Below are positions 43,096 through 64,000 of a stretch of 64,000 nucleotides of DNA, piece after piece (within the stretch, counting starts at the first letter, position 1; every line of letters begins with the position of its first letter). The stretch lies in NCBI RefSeq assembly GCF_009914755.1, contig NC_060934.1. One strand, written 5' to 3'. Origin of the DNA: the human T2T-CHM13v2.0 reference genome, Homo sapiens. The notes beneath the pieces were generated by a model. It saw nothing but the letters and a program-made list of their open reading frames with translations. It was not told the origin of the DNA and made no database searches. The position numbers and the translations under genes were made by a program.

Positions 43096-46000
43096 ACTGA
43101 TGGAGAAAGGCAGTTTCAGAAAGAAAAAAAATGTGGGCAGGCAAAACCAACAAACTGAATCAAACCAACCCAAATCAAATAACCAGCTGCCTCCCTTTGT
43201 AAGAGAACCCATCACTCCCAGATGTATGGCCTGTAATAATGTCTCATGACTACTAAGACTTTTCAGAAAATGCTTCCCAGAACCTATAACCTTGGGCATT
43301 TTGTGTTTTGTACCTTCCCTGACTGGTGGTTCTGAAATTAAAATTTGAGTTGCATTACTAATTACTAATAACAAATTAATGTGCTACCATTTTTTCTGAT
43401 GTTTACTTTTGAACAATCTTTAATGCTTAACCCAAGTCAGGGAGTAATCTAGAATGTAAGCTTCTCAAAGGCAGGCACCTGTTTGAAAACTGCCAGGTGC
43501 CAAGGTAGTTAATTTGAACAATGGGCCAAACAATAAGGCCTTTATTTACTTATTGCAACAGTACAAGCAAGAGACCAATAAGAGAAGGTGCTGGCTTCCC
43601 CATTGTTCCATTTTTGTGTTTCTAGGAATGGTTCACACAGGAAAATCATCTCATTGCTAAAGGGACACTGAACAAAAGGCTCCTGCTGTTTTATGGAGTG
43701 GGATATTGGAGGAGGCAGAGAAGGGCTAGGAGTGGGAAAAGTACTGAGAACTGAGTCACAGTGGAAAAAGGTGTCTTTAGCTTTAAGCCCCTCCTCTTGC
43801 CCCACACCCATTAGGAAGTCTTAGCAGAGGCATCTGAACAGTGTCTCAGCTGAGCCCTCCCACCCGCTTCCCGAAGGTAAGCAGGCCTCCAACTGGAGTC
43901 ACCTAGGCTAGGAAAATGGGTATGTGTAAGAGCATGTCCAGCCAGGGGCATGCACCTGAGTCCCTGAGTGCAGCTTCCTTCAGAGGATGCAACGCTTTGG
44001 CTGTGCACCAACTCTAGTAAGGGGAGGATCACTCCTCCCGCTCATGCCTTGTGATGCCTGCCAGGTGAAGTCTTTGTGATTGGCTAAGGTCTGTCTTGAA
44101 AGAGCACATGTAGGATTTTGGCTCAAAGTCAGACACCTCAGTATCCTTGTCTGTTCCTTAATGTATCATAAGTTTCTAAAGTAGTGCTCGGCACATAGTT
44201 GGTGCTCAGTAACTGTTATTTTTATAGGTGCTAACATGGGTAGAGCCACTGCAGATACTGTAGGGGTTATTCCGTGGATCCTAATGTTGCCAAATGTTAG
44301 AGCAGCTGGCTCCAAAATTGATGTGGTCCAGTAAGCATGGGGTGATGGGTCCTGCCAGGTTTCCAGCAGAATGAACACAGTGAAAGGTAGAATTGTGGTC
44401 TGCAACTGGAATATAGCTAAAAGACAAGCGCTGGCAAAAGAAAAAAAGAAGTCAAGAAATGAATCAATGGTTATAGCAGTGCGCTTTTGTGCCAACTGGA
44501 TGGCCATGTAGCTTTATAATTCTAAACTCTCATTTGAGGAAGGCAGATTAGATTATGAAAGTTGTAACAACTCTGTGCACCTTTTGCCATTTGTCCTTTG
44601 GACTCATTCACAATGTCATGGTCATAGTACTCTTTGTTCCCTATATATCGGCAGAGGAAATATCTTCCTATCTCTGACTATGGCATATTCTCATTTAAGG
44701 AGAGGGCTCTGCTGATGATTGCATGCGGCTCCCCCATCTGTCCCTCCAGCTTGTGTGTTTGTCCAAATTCAGAGCTATAACTCACAGTTTTCCTCTGCAA
44801 CATGGAGTACCTTTCATTGCTCAGTGTTAACTCACTGAATTGAAGGGATTAAAGAGACAACTTTTCTAAACAAGAAAAGCCTCTTATGTTGAATGCTTCT
44901 TGAAAATTTGCATATTTTCATTTCATTGCTTTATAAATTATTACCTGGAAGTCATATCTTTGTAGTCTATAAACAATGTGATGAAGTTCAATATTTTTCT
45001 CTAACGGATTTGTTTTTAAAGAAACAAAGCTTGTATTCAAAGATTTCACAGATGTTTCCTATGATCCTGTGTTATTTAAAACTCATTCATTAAACACACC
45101 TGATGAATAGATCTATTACATTTTCTTAGCTGATTAAAAGTTCATTTTAGAAGGATGGAATGAATTATCACACAATGATTTCATTGCAATACATCTTTGT
45201 AGGTGTCCAGCATTATAAGGAATTGAGTTACAAATTGCTCTACAAATTGACAGGCTAGCAATCATTATTTTTCCATGTATTAGCTTGAGTCAATCTTTGA
45301 TCTCATCATAGTTTCAATGGTAGAGAAGATGGAGGTGGTGAAGCGTTATTATTTTTCCAGCACAGAAAATTATGCCACAAAATAAAACATGTACAGGGTT
45401 GTCATAATGGCCCCAATGGTGATGACAGGAAAAAAGAATAGTTGCAGCTATCCTTCAGTGCACAGTGAAATAGTGAACAATTTGTTAAATATTCCCTGGA
45501 GTCAATTAAACTGGCATATGATCAGTTTGGAGGCTGCCAAGCCTCAGTGGGAGCCAATTAGAATTCACCAAAAATGACAATGGATGAATCTGAAAAAACA
45601 GTGTTAGATTTATGAGGGAAAGCAAACACATCATTGAGCCAAGAATAATCTTGGTGAGCACTCTCTAAAAGAGATTGGTAAATAGGTTGTATAGTGGTAT
45701 CATGTTCACAGTGTTTCAAATGTTTCTTCTGCAATATTTTAAGCCATTACTGCAAAAAAATTAAATTAGTCTGATTTAGCCTACACAACATGAGAGAATC
45801 ATTCTGCACATTGCAGCCATTATTAATTTTGTTCCAAAAGCAGCCTTGCATGAAAGATTAATTTTTCTTTTCTTTTTGGATTTAAACTACAGATAAACAC
45901 TACAGATTGCTACAGATGAATGCTACTGACATGCTAAAGACTATATGACAATTCCTTTTAAAGTCAGACACTCAATTGTGAAAGATGTGTGAACAATCCA

Positions 46001-47022
46001 ATGATGGATGTCCGTTAGTTCAGTGCTGTCAAGCTGAGTTACTACTCCACATCTCTGATACTGATGCTGTTTTTGCAGTCATGATTGAGTCGTTGAAGAA
46101 AAAAGCACTCTACAGAGTTCTGCCCAACTGTGTCCAAACAAGCAGCAACTTGAAATATCATTGGCTTACTCAGCAGCATCAGAACCCACAAAGCAAAGAG
46201 GTTAGATCCATCCAAGAGACTTTTCTGCAGCAGTAAATGGATTTGCCCTCTTTAGAGCAGGGAGCACAGCTCCAACACAATTATTCTTATTGGAACAGAC
46301 TAAGGAATTTACTTCAAATGAGGTTGTTGGTTGTCCTGTGAAAGCTGTGTCAGAATAAATATTCAACTGCTCTTTGGAGGCATAATTTGTTAGCCCGTGA
46401 ATCATTTGTGACCCATGAGCTGCATATAGCTGACTTTGTTTAAATGGAGGGAAAACTTCTTTCATTCTAGCAAAACTTGTATAAAGCTCAGGTATAGAGA
46501 AAACACTTTAACGTTCAGTTCTTTCCAAAGGGGCCATTTTTATATGCCAGATGTCCTGAAGCAATAAACTTTGTTACTTGTTCACAATAAATTTTGTTAA
46601 GGGAAAATTTCCAAATGACAGATGTCAACAGTAAACATCCACAACAGTTTAATGAAGATGTGGCTTTGAAATGTATAATTGTAGGGTAACAGTTTAAATG
46701 CAAGGCCAGTACTGTTACAATTTGACAAGGTGTGATGCTTTTCAGATTTTTTGGGGAGAGACATTGTAAATTCCTTACAGGAATATGTAGTTCATCTTTC
46801 ATCGTTTCTAAATCTCTCTGAACCTAAGATAGTGCTTGAGCCTAACACTCAGGAGATGCTTGGTAATCAAAGAGATAATGATTATGCCCCCAATGCTTTT
46901 TATAGGGTTGTTTGGCTGACTGAGGCAAAATTTAGGGTGATTGGTATATGCCACGGGAAGTAGGAATAAGGCTGGGGTGTGCCATTAAGAACAAACAAAA
47001 TTCCTAATGAAAAATTAAAAAT

Positions 47023-49893
<2,871 letters not shown>

Positions 49894-50140
49894 TTATTTA
49901 TTTATTTTATTTTATGGTATTTTATTTTTTATTATTATTATACTTTAAGTTTTAGGGTACATGTGCACAACGTGCAGGTTTGTTACATATGTATATATGT
50001 GCCATGTTGGTGTGCTGCACCCATTAACTCGTCATTTAGCATTAGGTATATCTCCTAATGCTATACCTCCCCCCCACCCCACCCCACAACAGGCCCCGGT
50101 GTGTGATGATCCCCTTCCTGTGTCCATGTGTTCTCTTTGT

Positions 50141-53971
<3,831 letters not shown>

Positions 53972-54034
53972 TATGATGTTAGCTGGTTATTTTGCTTGTT
54001 AGTTGATGCAGTTTCTTCCTAGCCTCAATAGTCT

Positions 54035-55054
54035 TTACAATTTGGCATGTTTTTGCAGTGGCTGGTACCAGTTGTTCCTTTCCATGTTTAGTGCTTCCTT
54101 CAGGAGCTCTTTTAGGGCAGGCCTGGTGGTGACAAAATCTCTCAGCATTTGCTTGTCTGTAAAGGATTTTATTTGTCCTTCACTTATGAAGCTTAGTTTG
54201 GCTGGATATGAAATTCTGGGTTGAAAATTCTTTTCTTTAAGAATGTTGAATATTGGCCCCCACTCTCTTCTGGCTTGTAGAGTTTCTGCCGAGAGATCAG
54301 CTGTTAGTCTGATGGGCTTCCCTTTGTGGGTAACCCGGCCTTTCTGTCTGGCTGCCCTTAACATTTTTTCCTTCATTTCAACTTTGGTGAATCTGACAAT
54401 TATGTGTCTTGGAGTTGCTCTTCTTGAGGAGTATCTCTGTGGCATTTTCTGTATTTCCTGAATGTGAATGTTGGCTTGCCTTGTTAGATTGGAGAAGTTC
54501 TCCTGGATAATATCGTGCAGAGTGTTTTCCAACTTGGTTCCGTTCTCCCCGTCACTTTCAGGTACACCAATTAGATGTAGATTTGGTCTTTTCACATAGT
54601 CCCATATTTCTTGGAGGCTTTGTTCATTTCTTTTTATTCTTTTCTTCTAAACTTCTCTTCTCGCTTCATTTCATTCATTTCGTCTTCCATCACTGATACA
54701 CTTTTTTCCAGTTGATCACGTCGGCTACTGAGGCTTGTGCATTTGTCACGTAGTTCTCATGCCATGGTTTTCAGCTCCATCGGGTCCTTTAAGGACTTCT
54801 CTGCATTGGTTATTCTAGTTATCCATTCGCCTAATTTTTTTCAAAGTTTTTAACTTCTTTGCTTTGGTTCGAATTCCTCCTTTAGCTTGGAGTAGTTTGA
54901 TCTTCTGAAGCCTTCCTCTCTTTGACTTCAACTCGTCAAAGTCATTCTGCATCCAGCTTTGTTCCGTTGCTGGTAAGAAGCTGTGTTCCTTTGCAGGAGG
55001 AGAGGTGCTCTGATTTTTAGAGTTTCCAGTTTTTCTGCTCTGTTTTTTCCCCAT
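54035..55054 (-). pseudogene. L1 ORF1p, frameshifted
   Basis: MGKKQSRKTGNSKNQ start (54815-55054); C-terminal half ...RHIIVRFTKVEMKEKMLRAAR... (54035-54595). Confidence 0.95.
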
Positions 55055-56078
55055 CTTTGTGGTTTTATCTACATTTGGTCTTTGACAGTGGTGACGTACA
55101 GATGTGTTTTTGGTGTGGATGTCCTTTCTGTTTGTTAGTTTTCCTTCTAACAGTCAGGACCCTCAGCTGCAGGTCTGTTGGAGTTTACTGGAGGTCCACT
55201 CCAGACCCGGTTTGCGTGGGTATCAGCAGCGGTGGCTGCAGAACAGCGGCTATTGGTGAGCCACAAATGCTGCTGCTTGATTGTTCCTCTGGAAGTTTTG
55301 TCTCAGAGGAGTACGCAGCCGTGTGAGGTGTCAGTCCACCCCTACTGGGGGGTGCCTCCAAGTTAGGCTCCTCAGGATTCAGGGACCCACTTGAGGAGGC
55401 AGTCTGCCTGTTCTCAGATCTCAAGCTGTATGCTGGGAGAACCACTACTCTCTTCAAAGCTGTCAGACAGGGACATTTAAGTCTGCAGAGGTTATTGCTG
55501 TCTTTTGTTTGTCTGTGCCCTGCCCCCAGAGGTGGAGCCTGCAGAGGCAGGCAGGCCTCCTTGAGCTGTGGTGGGCACCACCCAGTTCGAGCTTCCCAGC
55601 CGCCTCGTTTACCTACTTAAGCCTGAGCAATGGCGGGCGCCCCTCCCCCAGCCTCGCTGCCGCCTTGCAGTTTGATCTGACTGCTGTGCTAGCAATCAGC
55701 AAGGCTCCATGGGCATAGGACCGTCTGAGCCATGTGTGGGATATAATCTCCTGGTGTGCGGTTTGTTAAGCCCGTTGGAAAAGCACAGTATTAGGGTGGG
55801 AGTGACCCAGTTTCCAGGTGCCGTCTGTCACCCCTTTCTTTGACTAGGAAAGGGAATTCCCTGACCCCTTGCGCTTCCCAGGTGAGGCGATGCCTCACCT
55901 TGCTTTGCCTCATGCACGGTGCGCTGCACCCACTGTCCTGCACCCACTGTCCGGCACTCCCCAGTGAGATGAACCCAGTACCTCAGTTGGAATTGCAGAA
56001 ATCACCCATCTTCTGCATCGCTCATGCTCGGAGCTGTAGGCTGGATCTGTTCCTATTCGGCCGTCTTGGCTCCACCCC
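55055..56078 (-). promoter_or_regulatory. Inner L1 5'UTR (sense and antisense promoter region)
   Basis: About 1.02 kb 5'UTR, relatively CpG-rich; retains the ~129-bp segment absent from L1HS/PA2. Confidence 0.8.
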
Positions 56079-59387
<3,309 letters not shown>

Positions 59388-59647
59388 CTTCTTTCTTCCT
59401 AAAAATAATTATTGTGCCCCCAGTAGGTACAAGATATTAGTCTAGACATTCTAACTGATATCAAGTGACTCTTTGATAACTTGGATTTTCTAATGTGGTT
59501 CAGATTGTGGATGGTGGTATCTGCTTTTTCTGTGCTGAAACTTAAGGTCTGTCAACTCTGGACTTCCAGTTATAGAAGGTCCTGATATTGGCTTATAATG
59601 ATATGGGAATTGTTATAACTGTCTCTAAAACAGAACCCTTTGGTAGG

Positions 59648-59948
59648 GCATTATCTTAAGTGAAATAACTCAGAAACGGGAAGTCAAATATTGCATGTTC
59701 TCACCTGTAAGTGGGAGCTAAATAATGAGTACACATGGACATAGAGACTGGAAGAGTAGATGTTGGAGACTTAGAAGGGTGGGAAGATGGGCAGGATGAG
59801 GGATGAGAAATCACCTCATGGGTACAATGTACACTCTTTGGGTGATGGTTACACTAAAAGCCTAGACTTCACCACTGCACAGTACACCCATGTAACAATC
59901 TACCCTGTACTCCCTAAATCTATAAAAGCAAAATTTAACTTCAAAAAA
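59648..59948 (+). mobile_element. L1MA-type 3' end
   Basis: CATTATCTTAAGTGAAATAACTCAG...GGTTACACTAAAAGCCTAGACTTCACCACT. Confidence 0.85.
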
Positions 59949-61072
59949 AGGGGGCTTACATTGTTGAACTGAGTTAATCAATAGGAGCCCCAAGGATACT
60001 AAAAGTGATCTTGGAAGAATTTACGTAGGTCATCACCAACAGTGACACCACTATGTATATGAAGCAGCCTCTGAGATCACTTAAGGTGTACATTTTATTC
60101 GTGCGTTCATTGACTGTGTGAAATGTCAACACATCATTATATATTTGTCCGAAGTAGCCTCCATTTATGTAAAATGGGACATCCTTTTCTGCTGGCATCA
60201 CACTGTGGCTGGTCTGCCCCATGAAGTAATGCTCCTTGTTGAAGACATGATCCCCCAATATCCTGGACTTGACCATTCCATGTCCTCACTATGAAGTGAA
60301 ATGTGTCCAAATATTTTCCTTTGCATACGCTCTGCCTGGCTGCTGCAGGTATTACTATCTTTTGACAGAAATTACTTTTTCTTCTTAGCATTTTATATGC
60401 TTTTAAGCATTTAACATATTAAACCGAGTGCTAGAGCCAAGTCTGATCTTTCACTGGTGTTCAGGTATAATACTGGAACAAATAGTATTGGAAATATCCC
60501 CCTTTCAAAGATACATCTTTTCACATGGCAGCAACGATTCAATCAAATGCTAATTTATCATAGCATGTTGGTAATATACCAGTCTATTTTTTCCAGGGCC
60601 ACTGCATTTTCCAGTAATGTCTCCAGAATGAAATGAGTACATTTATCATGAGGCAATTAATAAAGGTTTGAAAATGGAAATTTTCAAATAGTCAAAAATA
60701 GCATAGTACAATAACCTGTATTTACCTGATTTTGGCAATGATCAGCATTTAGCTAATCATGCTTCATTCTTTCTACCTTTTTTTTTTCTTGCTATGGTAT
60801 TTTAAAGCAAATCTCATGCTGTGTTATTTTAAACCTAACACTTAAGTATGTATTTCTAACAAATAAGATCTATTCCCCTTTATTTCTTAAAGAAACGTAA
60901 CTCATCATGCCATTATCACAGGTAATAAAATCAACAATAATTTCTTTAATTTCATTTAAAACCTTACTACATTAAAATTTCCCAGATTGTCTCAGAAACC
61001 TCTTTTTATAGTTTTTTTTTAATCAGTTTTTACACCAGATCCACATACTGCACTTAATTAATATGTTAGGTC

Positions 61073-61382
<310 letters not shown>

Positions 61383-61544
61383 GTTGATTCTTATAGCTAC
61401 ACACCATTTCCCCCTCTTATTTATGCCGTTAGTTTATAAGATAAACTGGGTTGTTTCTGTAGAAAATGTCACATTCTGAACTTGGCCAGTTGGTTCCTCA
61501 TAGTGCCAGCTAACTTGTTATTCTCTCTTCCATATTTTCTGTAA

Positions 61545-61893
<349 letters not shown>

Positions 61894-63090
61894 TAGGTTG
61901 AACTTTTAAGACAAGATGACTTCACAGGTGGTGCATCCTATTCTAGGCATATAGTAACTTGTTGCACTAGTTATCTAGTAATACTAAGATTGGGCGGTGT
62001 GTTCAGGTGGTACCAGTTTAATACCTGCAATATAAAGTGTGCTATCAACCTTCCTCCAAATAAACATCTTTTAATTATATGCTTACTGACAACAGATGTA
62101 TTGACAATGAGTAACAGACTTGACCCTTCTTGACTCATACTCGCTTCAAATACATCCCTGCTTTCTATATTATTCCTTAGCCCTAGTTTGACATCAATTT
62201 CATGCTTCAAAAACCCACTTTTAAAAACAGTGTTCTTTATATTCCATTTCTCCCAATGTGCTTATACAATCCTCTTTTTTTAAATTGATAGGCACTTTCC
62301 TTCACTCTGTTTTTTTACGAAATGTAGAGTCATCAGTGTTTTAGAAACAGACTTTTTAACGAGGTCTGGGATGCACTTTAATTTTCTCTCTGCTGCAAAA
62401 CTGCATTTTTGCAATGTGGCATTATCCATTTGATAGGTTCTGGTGGGCTTTCATACGTAAGATCCCGCGGGTCCAAGTAGGCTACACGGAGGAACTGCAG
62501 CAATGTGTGAGTGGCCTCATGACACAGAACCACCTAGAACCTTGCAGTAATGAATGCTATTAAATTGACAATTATTAAAGTAGAATATGAATTAATATAA
62601 AGTATAATAGGAATTAGTATAAAGTATAATAGGAATTAATTATTCCTAATTCATTAGACTTCAATTTTCAAATTCCCATTATTTATGTGACAAATAAATA
62701 GCAAATAGTGTGTATGCTCATAAACCCCTTGAACCTCCTTTGCATGGGGAGATATTTAAGGTGGAGACAGGAAACCATTCAGAAAAAGTGTTTGGGGTAA
62801 TAGAAATATTCTTTAGGCAGAAATTCAACAGGGCAATATTTATTTTTCAACTAAGCCCATGCATTTTTCACTAACCCCTTTCTACCTCTCCATGAAAGGA
62901 CATTGGGAAGAAATAATGGTAGTAACTGCCATCCTGTGAGTGCTTATTGGGTGCCAATCACAGTAACAGACTTCACTGTCCCAAGGCTCTGAGAGATTAT
63001 ACAATTTGTACAAGATTACCCAGGTAGTAACTGTCAAAATTTGTCTGAAACAGACATCTCTTCAACATGACACCATTGCTTTCCTTATAG

Positions 63091-63527
<437 letters not shown>

Positions 63528-63697
63528 AAGACAGAACTCTTTACAATGCAGAATTACAGATTGTAAAGACAGAACTCCTTACAATAACATACTAATGGCA
63601 GTGACAGAGGGCTACCAGACTAGCACTTACCAATGAGGAGCACATGATTAAAGAATGCAAAATGAAAACATAAAAGCAGTAATAGAAAAACAAATAG

Positions 63698-64000
<303 letters not shown>

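Noticed and set aside
45389-45577. QGCHNG / VMTGKKNS resemblance to the hAT transposase motif QxYDGAxxMxG
   Set aside because: It needs a frameshift, and I could not find the other hAT motifs (DE, CxxH, TRW, ERxFS) or TIRs; too weak to call.
55630-55680. L1 ORF0 (MAGAPPPASLPPCSLI...) on the plus strand
   Set aside because: A small deletion creates TGA after 16 codons; not intact.
59974-60276. 100-aa ORF with a hydrophobic stretch as a membrane-protein exon
   Set aside because: No convincing splice sites or partner exons, and no recognisable protein family; an old LINE fossil or chance ORF explains it better.

Overview
Primate (human-like) non-coding genomic DNA, intronic or intergenic, dominated by interspersed repeats. 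I find no intact protein-coding gene, RNA gene, CRISPR array or microbial system; most ORFs in the track are Alu, L1 or LTR by-products or chance ORFs. The window holds about 21 Alu/FLAM/FRAM copies, a complete THE1A MaLR provirus (4153-6383), several solo LTRs (MLT2A, MLT1B, MST-type, MER21), DNA-transposon fossils (MER1B, MER82) and old L1M/L2/MIR fragments. It also holds a 12.4-kb compound L1: a full-length L1PA4/5-like copy (49868-56078) inserted in the same orientation into ORF2 of an older, near full-length L1PA7-like copy. The best-supported unusual signal is that these two otherwise clearly diverged L1s share patches of perfect identity carrying the same non-consensus mutations, which points to gene conversion between them. 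Other leads are two micro 3' transductions, a stop-poor unique segment with a KH-domain-like motif, motif-dense enhancer candidates and possible non-coding exons. Repeat subfamily calls come from recalled consensus sequences, and boundaries of old repeats are approximate.
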